A stretch of DNA of 64,000 bases from Calcarisporiella thermophila CBS 279.70 (lineage: Eukaryota > Fungi > Calcarisporiellomycota), in assembly GCF_041956535.1 (NCBI RefSeq), contig NW_027192222.1:62001-126000 (forward strand), given 5' to 3'. Below, piece by piece: positions 12,905 through 26,417 of this stretch (positions are counted from its first letter, which is position 1; the number at the start of each line of letters is the position of its first letter). A model generated the notes under the pieces. The model was not told where the DNA came from, ran no database searches, and worked only from the letters and a program-made list of their open reading frames with translations. The position numbers and the translations under genes were made by a program.

Positions 12905-14108
12905 ATGGTCACCCCTACAAAAGCTGCGCAGGCCATTCCCCAGATAGCCGACAAGCTCTGGATCAGTCCGGTGACCCGTGTTTCTGTAAGTATTCACCGA
13001 ATTAATGATGGAGCTGGTTACTAGACTCATGCTGAAATCCATTTTCTCGCCTCTCTTTAAGCTCAAGCAAATCTCTGCCGTGGGTCGGAGTGTCCTTGGG
13101 AGTAGCGATCCTTCTCGAGCCCTGTTGAAGCCGGCCCAGTTTCTGCATGATGAACTTCCAGTCCGCCTGTCTCACACTCTGCACCTTCTCCAAGCCAGCC
13201 CACTTGCCCACTCCCCTCTTGTACTTGGGTACCTCTCGCCCCGCCTACAGCAGGACCTTACGGTACTCTCGCAGCTTCAAAAGCCTGACACATGTGAGAG
13301 GGCGCAGATTTTCTCCCAGGCCATTGGCAAGGTTCGTGATCGTCTCAGGGAAAATGTGTTGGCGGTGGGGGGCGGCATCCAGGAACTTGTGCATCAACAA
13401 AAGATCGATCCCCTAAACGCAACCCAAGAAGAGGTGATCTCTCAGTTTTTGGATCGATTCTATGCTCTCTGCCTGGGAGTAGACGTCCTCACCAGCGAGC
13501 ACCTTGCCTTGGCGGAGGGCCGCAATCTTGTCGAGCCTATCCGGGTGGACCAAATTGCAAAGCGTGTTGTGGAAGAAACTTCAGAGTATATTTGCCGCAC
13601 TCGCCAAATCGCCTCCCCTCCCCACATACAGATCATCGCTAAGGAGAGCTGCACCGCCACCCATATTCCTGCCTATCTAAATCGCATCCTCTTCGAGATC
13701 TTGCTGCCAGCGTTCTGTTCGGGCTCGTCGCGGATCACGCTTGTGGTTGCGTCTGGTGAGGAGGATGTCAGTATCCGGGTAAGCGACGAGGGAGGCGGTT
13801 TCCCATTGCGCTCATCGCAGCAACGGTGGAGCTATCTCTCCCCGCCCTCAACCTATGGCGCTTCCTCCTACTCCAATACGCCCTATGCCTCGCAGACCAT
13901 GCCCACCCTGCCCACTCATGGCCTCCCGGTGGCTCGTCTCATTGCTCGCTATTTCGGAGGCGACCTCAATATGGTCTCGATGGAGGGCCATGGGACGGAC
14001 ACCTATTTTGCACTGCACCGCAACGACAACTTTTTGGAAAACATTCCAATCGTCATGTCTACGGAAGCCAGCCGGAGCGAAAACATCTTTCCTTTGCAAA
14101 TGCGCTGA
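12905..14108 (+). CDS. Mitochondrial PDK/BCKDK-family protein, probable pseudokinase
   Basis: Exon 1 12905-12985 plus GTAAGT..AG intron 12986-13061 gives PVTRVSLKQI (cf. PDK ..VSLRQM); FLHDELPVRL, FLDRFY, SDEGGG, GLP..RL.ARYFGGDL and SMEGHGTD motifs. Confidence 0.85.
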
Positions 14109-14426
14109 ACGCTTGAGGAATATGTTTTTTTTATTTGGATGAGTGTTACTTTCCATTCACCCCGTAATTCTCTTTCCTAAAGTGTAAATAAAATGAATAA
14201 TGGCTATTGCACAATTTGGAATAAGTAGGATCACGTTGGATGAAAATAAGAGGCATTTTATTATCATATTGTATCTATACAAAGAGGCAGTATATAAAAG
14301 TAAAAGAAAATTAAACTTTGACAATTCTTTTTTAAAAAAAAGAAACCAAATCACTTTGATCCTGGTTCGAGAAGGGGTAGAAAGGGGGGAGGAATGAAGG
14401 GATGAACGAGAAATAGGCTCATTTTT

Positions 14427-16571
14427 TTAGAACTTGAATTTGTACTTGGAGGATTGCGAGGACTCCGTCTTCTTGCGCTTCTTGGCAACCTTGCTCGCAT
14501 GTTCGGCAACCATATCGCTGAAATCTTCCCGCTGCTGTTCCGGCTGAGCTTGAACCTGCTGTTCATATTTAGCTTGGAGGGTGGATTCGTCCATGGCAGC
14601 AAGCTCCTCGGGAGTCAAGCTAGCTTCGACCCCCGTTCCAACCTTGCGCTTCGTGCCCTTGCTGCCACCGGCTTGGGTCCCCGGCAATTCGTAAACGTGT
14701 TGCGAGCCCATGAAGCCTGTCACGGGGGCCTGCTTCTGTTCGAGCACTTGGTAGAGCTGTCTCGGCTGGTGATCTTCCGCCTCCATTCTTCGTGACTCCT
14801 TCCGCAGCTCAATGAAATCGGGCGTCTCCAGACCAGAAGGAACACTGGCCAAACCACTTGGCGTCACCAGGCCGTCCTTAAGGTCCTCTGCATGGCCGGC
14901 CTCACCCTCGGCCTCCTCACCCTCGGCCTTCTCTTCCTCCTCTTCCTCCTCCTCTTCCTCCTCTTCCTCTTCTTCGGACTCTAGCTCTCCCCATAGCACT
15001 TTTTCTACCGGTGCCGTCATCTCCGAAGGAACCTCCTGTGGCATAATGCCAAACACATCGCCGTAGAGCGGACGATTGTACTCATCCACAGGTGGGCGAC
15101 CCCATCCTCCCGGGTGATAACCCCAACGGGCTCTGGTTAAATATTAAAAAAATAGAATATCAACCTGCTTTAGCTGGGGTTATAAAGAGTGGAAGCAAAA
15201 TCTAGAGCACTTACCCATCCGGTATAGGGGCGTTTAGCCCAGGAATCCGTAGTGTAGGATAACTAGGAGGAGGCCCGTAGCTCTGCATTGCACTCAGCCA
15301 GGGGGGAGGAGCAAGTGGAGGAATATTAAGGGCCTCACGCAACTCTTCTGATAGTTGTCCTGGTTTCAAATCCTTATACTTGGATTCATATTCCTTCATC
15401 TCATAATACCTAAAAAGCAAAGGGAAAATGAAGAGAACTATGAGCATGAATGCGGACAAACATGAGTAAAAATGCTTCTACTCACATATCGCCATGAGTA
15501 GTCATCTTAGGCTTTCGTTGGAATCGGAAGAAGGCATCATGAAGTTTCTGATAATCTACACCAATCTTGCCCATTTTGGGTTGCACGCGCTCACGCATTT
15601 TTTGCTTCAGCTTCATCTTATCCTCCTTTTCTTTCACGGCTTCTCGCATCTCCATGATACCCGTTGCACGAATAAAGTCTAAAGGAAACACAGCAGGGTT
15701 AGTGATCACCGTGTCTAAAACGGAACTTAGCATTCTGTAGTTACCGGGTAGTTGGAACGGCGGCTTCTCAATACCCCGCTTATTCTGCAAGTACTTTCGC
15801 TTTTGGCTCCAGTGTCGTGGCACAGGTACTGTATTTCGATAGGATTTCATGCTCACAAGTAGTTTTGGATCGGAGGCTGTCACATCTACCCATTCCACTA
15901 TCTCTGGCTTTTTCACTAGCTGCTTCAACTCGGCGACGGTCAGGCGATTGAGCTTACGAAGTTTGGTTTTCGAAACCTTTTTCTGCCCCTTTCCTTCATC
16001 TTCTGAATCTTCATCCGACTCATTGGCTTTATTGCCGGCATTAGAAGGCTTTTCAGCATCCGACTTCTCGCCTGGTGCATCGGTTTTAGAAGCATTGGTT
16101 TCCTAAAAAAAAAGGTACTCTTGAAAAATTGAATCGAGCCAACCATAAATATTATGAATAATTTACCTCGGGCTTACTCTTATCGATCTGGAAAGCTGCA
16201 AATACATTAGCAAACTCATTAAGAATTGACCGATCTATCGACGGATCTAGTTCCAATTGTTGAGGGACATACTCAATTTCCACTCTCACATCGTCGTCGT
16301 CCTCCTCCTACATAAATCATAGAGCGTGTAAACAAGGTTAGGGAGGATGAAAATAAAGATGATCGACGCTGAGACTGACCTTTTGCTCCCTGATCGGCGT
16401 TTCTTTCTTGTGATTAGCAGTGTCATTCTTTTTACGGCTCCTTTTCTTCATCCGCCGTCGTTGATTTCGCGTCATCTCTTTGCTGATCTCCTTTCCATTG
16501 CCATTAATAACGGGATCACTTGTCAATGGGGAATCGGCTACGTCTGCTACTGATTGTGTTGTAGGAGACAT
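14427..16571 (-). CDS. SF3B2: Splicing factor 3B subunit 2 (SAP145/Cus1)
   Basis: DUF382 (VPVPRHWSQKRKYLQ, DYQKLHDAFF), PSP domain (PPPWL..MQ.YGPPPSYP), PLYGDVFG, terminal KFKF. Confidence 0.95.
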
Positions 16572-16756
16572 TATCTTGAGGGGATGAGAGAGATTTTGGC
16601 CCAAGTGATCCAACTACTGTTTTTCAAATCGAATATTAGCATACATTGGTTGCTGCGCCCCCTGAGGTTTGACATCATCAATTTTGATCTTACACTTTTT
16701 CGCGTTTTTTTGTGGTGTTCATTATTGTTATCGCGTTCCATTAATTTGAAGTCTAG

Positions 16757-18457
16757 ATGCCGCCGCGACGCACTACCTCTAGAAAGGAAGAAACTCCCTT
16801 ACGTAAGGTATGTGCCTGCCTTTTAACTTGATGTTTTCGTGAATTTAATCATTCCGTCGCGATCTCTTTCAGTCGGCTCGCCGGAAAAAGGATGAAGAGG
16901 AAGAGCTGTTGGAGGAGCCAGAACAGCCTAGACGTAGCAGACGCTCAACTCGTTTAAGGGGTGGAGAAAGCGAGGATGAACTAACAGGTAAGAAGTCTCA
17001 CTCTTCGGCTATCTACTTTTATTGATATACTCTTCCTTTAGCCATTACCCCTGTGCCCAAACGCCGTAGAGCCACCAAAACCGCAGAGGAACAGCCCAAT
17101 GGCCGCCGCACGACGTGGAACACGTCCTCAAAGAAGGATTCAAGTCCTCTGCCGGCAGATGGATACGAACAACCAGAGCAAGAAGAGCAAGAATTAGAGC
17201 CGGAAACCAATGCTAGGAAAAAGAAGTCTTCTGTTGTAATTAATTCGCCTCCTACTTTTCATACTTCCAAGTCTCGCGAGTTAAATAGCCTGAATGAAGA
17301 AGAGGAAGATGCGAGCGATCCATGGACCAGGGATGGAAAACGTGGTAAAAGCATGCCGATAATTTCTCGCAAGTCGTCCCGAACAGCGCGATCAGCAAGG
17401 GAGACGAGCCTGGAAAGGACCGAAATTAAAAATTTGACGGAGGAGGTAGAGCACTGGAGAAAACAATATGATATTGTATGTACCTATCACGACCTTTCTT
17501 TTTGCCAACTGAATAATATAACTCTATATCTAGTTGAAAGAGACAATGGAGGCCATGGAAAAGAAATACGAGAGCCTTAAGGAACTGCGCACCACCGAAG
17601 CCGAACGAAACTTCGAGGAGTATAGGAAGAATGCAGAAAAGAGATTTAATGGTAATTCCCTGTTACTGCCGATTATGTATTGAGAGTAATGAGTGACGCG
17701 ACCTTTTTTTATTTTTTAGCTGCTGACGAGGTGATTGCCCAGCTGAGACGCGAGAAGGAACAGATGGAGAAAGAGTTACAAAAGTTGCAGCACGCTGCAG
17801 TCCCCTCTGGTCGAATGGACAAAAAACGAATGCAGAATGCACATACACAGACCCCTGAACTGCAAGATCAATCCCTCTCCTCCCACCGTGAAGAAATTTC
17901 CAAGCCTTCTGAGCAGGAGAAATCGGCAAAAGAAGAGATAGAATCCCTGAAAGAGCAAAGTAAGTCTTACCCATTCATCTTTATGTTTGGATTGCATTGA
18001 CTCATTCATTGCTGATTCTACGACAGTTAAACTTCTTAAATGCGAACGGGATGCCGAAATTAAGAACACCCGTCAGCTAACTGCTAAACTCCAGAAGCAA
18101 AGTTATGCCACCACCATCTCCGCAAACTCCTCGAATTCAAAAGCAAAGCTGGATCTCTACCAAGAATTGACTGGACTTCTCGTGAAAGATGTGAAAAGTC
18201 TCGATGAAGGCATCATCTTTGACTGTCTACAGCTTGGGAGAGACAAAGAGCCATTGCATTTCAAGCTCATCCAGCCAACCTCTGAAGACTTGGTTTACCA
18301 TCCTTTCCTTGACCAACGCGAGCCAGGCGCACCAGAGTTGTTGCGTATCCTCCCAGATTATTTGACCGAAGAAATTGAATTTAGTAAAGAGCATGCTGAC
18401 CGATTCTTTTGGCGATTACTTAATTTTATGCAGAAACCTACAGAACAAACCAAGTAA
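16757..18457 (+). CDS. Monopolin subunit Csm1/Pcs1-like, multi-exon
   Basis: Coiled coil (ELRTTEAERNF) then Csm1-type domain DLYQELTGL..FDCLQ.G..LHFKL..Y.P.L..LPDYLTEEIEF....FF. Confidence 0.8.
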
Positions 18458-18774
18458 TATAACCCGCGCTCTAATCTTTCCTATGACCCCCCTCGCCTCC
18501 CTCTCTCTTCCCTATCACCTTGTATGTTTTTAATATAGCTCTTTTTTGAATTTTCTTTTTCTGGCTGTGTCTTTTGTGTTCTCTGTTTTTTACCGATAGC
18601 TTTTTTATTTGTAAGGATTTCTCTACTAATATAAATTATACTCTCTCCTCGAATTTCATAACTGGCTTTGGTTATGTGGGCCGGGCAGGATCTACCGTTT
18701 TCCCAGCCAAGATTAGACAATGCCTGATTCCAACCGACGCTGCTAGAGCGGAATTGCAAACTAAATCTGCAGAG

Positions 18775-18862
18775 TCGCGTTCCATGAAGCCCAAAAAGTA
18801 AGTCGTACAATGCAATGGCTTGAATTATTAAAACGCGTTACATCTCTCTTTTCTTTTCGCGT
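18775..18862 (+). promoter_or_regulatory. Cluster of MCB-like (A/T)CGCGT elements upstream of the cyclin gene
   Basis: ACGCGT at 18833-18838; TCGCGT at 18775-18780 and 18857-18862. Confidence 0.45.
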
Positions 18863-19010
18863 CCTTTGCTTCGGCAGAAGTTGATTGCAGTCGCCATCAA
18901 CGGCATCAGTTTTCCCTCACCTCAATTATACCCTTCTCTCTAACTCATTTCCATTACCTGCCACCCACCCATCTTATATATCCCTCCGAATTTTCAAAGT
19001 CCCTACTACC

Positions 19011-20695
19011 ATGACTACGCTTCATATGAAATCGACTCGTCTAAAATGCATGCCCACAGACGAAAATTGTCGTTCCCTATACCCTGCTGTCTGTTCTAAG
19101 GCCCCCAAAACTTCTAGCCTGCATAATAAGAGTGCGGTTACCAAAATTAACACACAAATTCAGGCTGACACTAGGTCCGTGCTAGCGGATGTTGGCAATA
19201 GAAAGGTATTAAGTGAATTGCGCTTGAATAAGAGAGTAAAAAAAAAATCAAATATACTAAAGTTTATTTTTAGCTAAGAACTGCTCGGCACATGGCACCC
19301 ACGGTTAGTAGCCAGCTAAAAGCAAGCACGCGAACGGTCAAGGAATCCACGGGCAATAGAGAGGCAAAGCAGAGCCAGTTTAATAATAAAGAAAAGTTAG
19401 CTTGCTCAGGTGTTGATGCTAGCTCAACGGGCATTAAAACAGCTACCAGTAAGACACAAGCTAAGAAAAAAAGAGACATGCCCCCTGAAAGGGAAGAGGC
19501 GAAGGGGAAGAAATCGGCTGGAGTGAATAGAAGAGTAGAAATGCAAGCTGTAAAGAAGGTCAAGGCGCAAGACGACATGATGGATGTGGAGCAAGATTTG
19601 GCCCAAACACACGGTAATATTGAATCAGTGCCTCTCGAAGTCGCGCTGCCGCAGGACACACAGTGTTCAGACGAGATGGTGATAGAGATAAATCTAGACA
19701 AGCTCAACGTAGAAGATAAAGTGAATACTGCAATTGTCAACGAGAAGGTTGCGGATCCGATCATGGTCGAAGAATATGCTGAAGAAATATTTGAATACAT
19801 GCGAGAGTTAGAGGTAGCTTAAATGTCGATGATTTTATCGCTAGCACTGGCCACTAATCTATGTCTATATTTTCTCTACTATCAGACTAAATTCAAGCCT
19901 GACCCCAAATATATGTCGCGCCAAACAGAAATATCCTGGCAAATGCGGCGGACGATGGTGAGCTGGCTAGTGGAACTCCATGCCTATCTCCGAATGTATC
20001 CTGAGACACTTCACCTATGTGTGCACCTAATCGATCGCTTCCTTAGTATTAAAGTGGTTGCAAAACAGAAGCTGCAGTTAGTTGGGCTTGTGGCACTGTA
20101 TATCGCATCCAAGATCGAGGAGCCCAGGTATCCAAGCATTAGCGAGGTGAGTCTCAATATTTCAGACGAATGGAAACTGTACCACAGGTTGCTAAAATCT
20201 GCCGTTTTTTTATCCTATTAATTCTAGCTGGGATTTTATTGCAACTACGCCTATACTGAGGACGAGTTCCTTAAGGCTGAGCGATATCTGCTTAACCAGC
20301 TTAATTTCACTGGTCTCAACTGGCCGGGCCCGTACAGTTTTCTCCGACGCCTCTCAGGTGTCGACGGCTTTCATACAACGGTGCGCACGATCGCGAAATA
20401 TTTGCTTGAAGTTGCGCTATTACAAGAGGAATTTCTGCACCTCCCGCCATCCCATATCACTGCAGCAAGCTATAAGCTTGCACTAGCTAGTATGGGAATG
20501 AAGTGGACGCCCGCTCATGAAGAGCACGGAGGCTATAGTGGAGAGGAAGTACAAGGGGTGGTTGATTTATTCACCCGGTGTTTACGGAAAAAGGATAAGC
20601 AGAAGGAGACGGCTACCGTTTTTGAAAAATACTCTGACGACCACTACGAGCAAGTATCCTTGTTGGTTGCAGACTATATAAAGAATTCGTTATAG
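19011..20695 (+). CDS. B-type cyclin
   Basis: D-box RSVLADVGN; DP.MV.EYAEEIF.YM; cyclin box WLVELH..PETL.L...IDRFL..LQLVG..AL.IASK.EE; second fold P..FLRRLS, AKYLLE. Confidence 0.92.
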
Positions 20696-21048
20696 TATAT
20701 ATCCGTGCAATTTTTATTTCCTTTTTATTTCTGTTTTCCTGTGACCTTTTTATCACTCTATTTTGTTGCTGTGTAAATGATTTATATATTTGTATTTTTT
20801 ATTTCATTTACTCCTCTGAAATTTCTTGATTTAGGCACCCTAACAGCCATTTTCCTCAGAGACGAGGTTATCGACTCTTCCTCCCCTCATCAAGTGCCGA
20901 AATTTTCATTCCACTCACTCTTTCAATATGCTTCCATCTTCGTGAAATAAATTTGAGGATCATGTATACGATACACTTCCCTTCTTCGTCCCCCCCCCCC
21001 AAAAAAAAATAAAAATAAAAATAAAAATACAGTGATTGTCTATTCAAG

Positions 21049-22730
21049 CTATTTTCCGATACAAAACTCTCGGAATATCACATCCAGTACCTCCTCCACA
21101 TCTACACGCCCCGTCACCCTCCCCAGAGCCAGTGCTCCCCTCCGCAACTCCTCCGCGGCCAGAACGACATCCCCTTCATTCTCAAAAAACGCCTGAAGCG
21201 CCTCGGCGCATTCACTCAACTCCTTGCGGTGTCTAGTTTGTGTGATTAGAGGTGTATTGAAGGCATGAGTGTCGAATCTATCTTTAAGAAGCGAGACGAA
21301 ACTGCTCAGGAATTGGGGGAAACCCTCGCCAGTAACACAAGAGATGGGCCATATTTTTGAGGTGGGAAGCGTTTTTAGTGCCGAAAGCGCCAACTTGTTG
21401 GAGGATAACAAGTCGATTTTATTCACCAAACACACGGTTTCCTTATCGATACACTCGCGTACCACCGCATCCACAGGCACGTGGTCTCCAATCTCATCGG
21501 CCGGAAGCACACACACGCGCAAGTCTGCCGCCTCAATCTTTCTCTTAGCCCTTCTTACTCCCTCTTCTTCAATGACGTCCCTTGTCTCTCTCAATCCTGC
21601 CGTATCTCCCACTAGCACGGGATATCCACCCAGATCTAGCGACAATTCAACAACATCTCGAGTGGTTCCTGGAATTGGAGAGACAATCGCGGCCTCTCGT
21701 TGGGCGAGGCGGTTAAGAATACTGCTTTTACCGGCATTGGGCGGGCCAAAGAGAGCGACATGGATGCCGGACCGCAAAATTTCTCCCCGTCGGTTATCAT
21801 TCAGGTGATTGTTGAGTGAATTAAATAGCTCCTTAACTTTTCTAGACACTATGGAAATGCAGTATAAGATAGGGTGCTTGCAAACTTTAATAGGTCTGCC
21901 CTTACCTTGCTCAAACACGCCCTCTTCTATATTTTCATCTTCTCCGAAGTCGATAATGGCTTCTACCAACGCCATGCATTCAATGAGTTCTCTACGCCAG
22001 CCTTCGTAGAGTGTCTTAAGACTCCCCTAGTAAAGCAAAATTTTAATCCGAATGATACCATCTGAACCATACAATAAAACTTACCTCTGCTTGTCTTAGG
22101 GCTTGTTTTCTCTGTGCTTCCGTTTCGGCATTGATCAAATCGACGAGCCCCTCTACTTCCGTTAGGTCCAACTTATCATTATCGAATGCTCTAAAGTCAT
22201 ATGGAGCTGAGATATTTGGTACATCGTGTTCATTCAAACATTTCAAGGTTTACCTCCTGGCAAATTCTCCTCTCTCTGCCATTCGAAATCCTTCGAATTT
22301 CCCAAGTGCATCCAGGACTGCTCTTACTATGGCTACTCCGCCGTGTACATGGAGTTCTGCAACGTCTTCTCCTGTGAAGCTGCGGGGGCCTGGAAACCAA
22401 AGTGCCAGACCGCGATCAAGTGTTTCGGAGGTGTGTGGGTTATAAATACGGGTAAACAGAGCTTGGCGAGGAGAAAGAGAGGAGTGTGTCATCGTTTTTA
22501 GTGCCTGTTTCCATTAGAATGAGTTCAACTGGTAAAATGAGAGCAGGTGGTAAAATGCACAAACTTACTGTTAATGCTTTAGGTCCAGATATTCGTATTA
22601 CAGCGATGCCAGCTTTACCTGGTGCAGAGGAGAGAGCAAATATTGTATCATGCTGGGGTATATGGCTTGTTAATGTACGCTTGAAGAGGAATGCCTTGTG
22701 GTGAACCCAGAAGGGTCGGACGCGCAACAT
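21049..22730 (-). CDS. MSS1: Mitochondrial tRNA-modification GTPase MnmE/GTPBP3
   Basis: [55 protein letters not shown], terminal FCIGK. Confidence 0.96.
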
Positions 22731-23270
22731 TATTTCTCGAGGCCAAGGTTTTGGAGAATCTTTGTATAAATTTGTGACTTTGTATCTAGAGCCTTGAAAT
22801 TTGACACGATATGCTATCTAAACGAAATACTCTAGTGTAAACGACTTGAGTTATCAATTAAAATAAGCGTAAATAGAATAATGGAATTATATTTTTTTGT
22901 CTAGTAGCACGGATAGATAGACTTGTTTAATAGAAGCGGAGCCATTTGCTTCACATTAAACGCGAAAATTTGAAATAATGCTTTAAGATATTTGCTGTAT
23001 CCCGAGAATGAATTATATTTCATTGCACTACACGTGGTCCTAAAAGCAATAAAACCACCTTCTAGTTAGAAACCATCGTTGTGGGCGTCTTGTTTTCAAT
23101 TTACATACAAAAGTTCAAGTTTTATTCCAGATTCACCCTATGAATCTATATTCACAAGGATGATTCTAATCTTCCTAATATGGAATATCCTCTTTATAAG
23201 AGAATTTCTCAAATTCACAAATAGTGCACTGATCTATTGTAAGAAAAGATCAGATTAAAAACGAAAGGTC

Positions 23271-24025
23271 ATGGGATCCGGAGAGTCAAAGCCCGAGACG
23301 CTCATCTTCTACAATTCCGATGTTCCGATTCGGGTATCTATTTCTATGTCCTCATAATCTTCATGTAGATTTATATCCAACATTCCATCCATTTTGTCGA
23401 TTAGTTTTCGGCTGATTTAGTCCATCAGCTCGAGGCAGAGCGTGGTGTAAGAGAGCTTAGCAGTTCCCATAAAATACTATGCATTATAAAAATGGTTAAT
23501 CTCCGTTGTGTTTAGAATGTTTCCGCATCTCGTGAAGATATTGAGCGACAAGTTCGGGCGCGTGTTCAAGAAGAGCTCAAGCGCTTGCATGAGCAACAAG
23601 AGGAGCTACGTGAACAATCAGCTCGTGAGTTAGAGCAAAAAAATTCAACGCACCTCGGAAATGCAGTAGTTACTGAACGAGACATCGAGGCAATGATTGA
23701 AAAAACCAAAAAGTAAGTATCCAAATCTCTTTATTATGTGAGTTTTTTTATGAGTAAATGGAGGCCAATGAATAATGCATATATCCTTGGTGTACAGATA
23801 TGAACAAAGAGAAATCCCTAGAGAGGTGAAGGAACGGCAAGAAGCGGTCATTGCATGTTATCTGTGAGTATATGTCTTTTGCTAGATGTGAGTTCAAGCC
23901 ATGATTTAACGGATTTTTGAACTAGCAATAATAAAACACGGCCTCTTGACTGCTGGGAGGAAGTTCAGACTTTCAAGGAGAGTGTGCATAGGATGCAGAA
24001 GGAATTTGTTGCTGCCCATCAATAA
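23271..24025 (+). CDS. MIC19: MICOS subunit Mic19 (DUF1690), five exons, absent from the ORF track
   Basis: Assembled by hand: MGSGESK (myristoylation-type start), FSADLVHQLE, coiled coil, C-terminal VIACY..NKTRPLDCWEEVQ.FK; GT-AG introns. Confidence 0.85.
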
Positions 24026-24216
24026 ACTATAGAATTTTTGTACTGTGCAATTATTAAGCCAGGTTTTGCCTGAATTTTCCGATCCCTTGGATTAATTCAC
24101 AACTGCTCACTTTTTTCCTAGTCACAATTCTCCCGTCACAGAACCTAAAAAAGTTTATCCCTCTTCTGCCGCTCCTCTCTTTCGATTATTAAGAGATCTG
24201 TAATTCAATATTTATC

Positions 24217-26417
24217 ATGATCAGAATTCACTATGGAGGCTTACAAGTGCTCCGTCATGCCGCTACACGGCCGTTACCTCGGCATACCCTTAGAATGACT
24301 CACTCTACCCGATACCCATGTCCTAATTTTTTTAGAAATGCAAGCTTTTCGCCACCAAGACGCCTAGTCACTCCCCTACCATTAATGACCTGCACAAGGC
24401 GTCTATCATTGCTCTCTTTCCCGTTTTTGCAACATCAAACACCAAAAGTTCTTCCCGTCCAACCATCGATTGCCGACTCCACTCTGTCATCTCTCTCTAA
24501 TCCTCAAAAATCCCATTATGCATGGTTTCTTCAATTTCTTAGTTTCCTTCGGCGTCTTGCAGAGCCAATTATAATCATTTTAAGGTTTTTGGATTTGGTT
24601 CGAATATTTTTCCCAGTTATTTTTTGCAGCCCGATGCTGTTGGTTGGGGAGAGAATTCCTGAGTTGGATGGAGCAAGAAAGGGCGCAATTTGGTGGTATC
24701 GGCTGTTGGCAGCGCAAATGGAACGAGCTGGCCCAACATTCATCAAGGTTAAATAAACAAATTCACATTATATTCGGTTGTATTGGCAGCTCACATTTCA
24801 TTTGTCATTTGTTAGTTGGCTCAGTGGGCAGCTTCGCGCACCGACCTTTTTCCTGTCGGATTCTGCCGGACCGTTGGCCGCCTACACTCCCAAGGCATCC
24901 CACATCCCTTTTACTGGACCCGTCGCTCAGTAGAGGCGGCATTTAACATGCCACTGGAGGAGATATTTTGCGAGTTTGAAGAAGTCCCCCTGGGCGTCGG
25001 AGCCATTGCTCAGGTTTATAGCATTGTTTTTTCAAAATCTAGCGTGTCATTTACTGAACTCTTCCAACCTTCAAACCCTAGGTCCATAAAGCGAAGCTAA
25101 AACTCAACACCCAACTCTTGTCTGATCCCTCCAATCCTGATTGCGTTGTCTGTGCGATCAAAGTTCTCCACCCCAATGCTGCAACATCAATTCGAAGAGA
25201 TCTCACCATACTTGAAACCGTAGCATGCTTCATCAACATCTTTCCAACCATGTCTTGGCTCTCGTTACCAGATCAAGTGAGAGAATTTAGCCAGACCATG
25301 ATGAGCCAGCTTGATCTTCGGGTCGAGGCTTCGAATCTTGAAACATTTATATCTCACTTCAAAGACAGAGAGCGAGTCAAGTTTCCTCAACCTATTTTGC
25401 CCGCACACGATGTGCTGGTGGAGGAATTTCAGAGAGGTGTCCCACTGGAGCGATTTTTAGAACTAGGCGCAGGCGAATTTGATGCACAACTGGCACAGAC
25501 GGGCCTGGATGCCTTCCTGCACATGGTCATCATGGACAATTTCGTGCACAGCGATTTGCATCCGGGCAACATACTGGTTCGATTCTGTAAGCCCTTGGCT
25601 AGGAGTTTACCTTTGCAATACTGGGCTCGGTGGCGCCATAAGCCTTTAGTGGATGATTCACAATCAGATGAAGTCGTTGCGCGGTTGATGAAAGCTTTTG
25701 AACAAGGCAAAGATGAATGGCACCGGGAGTTGAGTTCGGTGAAGGCAGAAGGATTTGTTCCTCAGTTGGTGTTCATTGATACGGGCCTTGTCACGGTTCT
25801 CAACGGCGAGAATCGCCGTAACTTTTTGGATCTATTCCGTGCCGTAGCCGAATTCGATGGCTATCGGGCCGGCAAACTGATGATTGAAAGATGTCGCACG
25901 CCAGATCTGGTGGTAGATGGTGAGGTCTTCGCTCTGAAAATGCAGCATCTTCTGCTCAGCATCCGACCCTCGAGCTTGCGCCTCCGCAGTGTCGAGATAG
26001 GGGATGTGTTGCACCAAGTGATGGACATGGTTCGAAATCATCATGTTCGTCTCGAAGGCAGCTTCATTAACCTTGTCATGTCTATCCTACTTTTGGAGGG
26101 CATTGGACGCCGGTTGAATCCAGATATGGACTTGCTTAAGAGTGCGCTCCCGATTTTGCGAAAGCTTGGGACAAGCGATATGAGGGGTGCATACGAGATG
26201 GCGAAGGAGCTGCCTGAATCGGGATGGTGGTTGAAGGTGTGGATATTCTTGGAAATGAAAGACTTGTTCGAATCTAGAAGAGAGTACGACGAGTACCCAA
26301 TATAGTAAGTAGCTCTTTAATGCTGTCTACAATTTCTCCATGCTAATGTGGCCAATTGGGGCTCTCTCCTATTTTTTCACTCTTAATAGCGACTTCTGCG
26401 CATTCCCAACTACTTAA
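24217..26417 (+). CDS. ABC1/UbiB atypical kinase (ADCK2/Cqd1-like)
   Basis: GPTFIKLAQWAASRTDLF, GVGAIAQV, CAIKVLHP, FVHSDLHPGNI, FIDTGL, LLLEGIGR; last intron (GTAAGT at 26305) gives terminal YDFCAFPTT. Confidence 0.92.

Noticed and set aside
12905-13060. Arginine-attenuator-like uORF (IADKLW) upstream of the PDK-like ORF
   Set aside because: A 76-nt intron (12986-13061) joins it in frame and recreates the PDK N-terminal motif, so it is exon 1.
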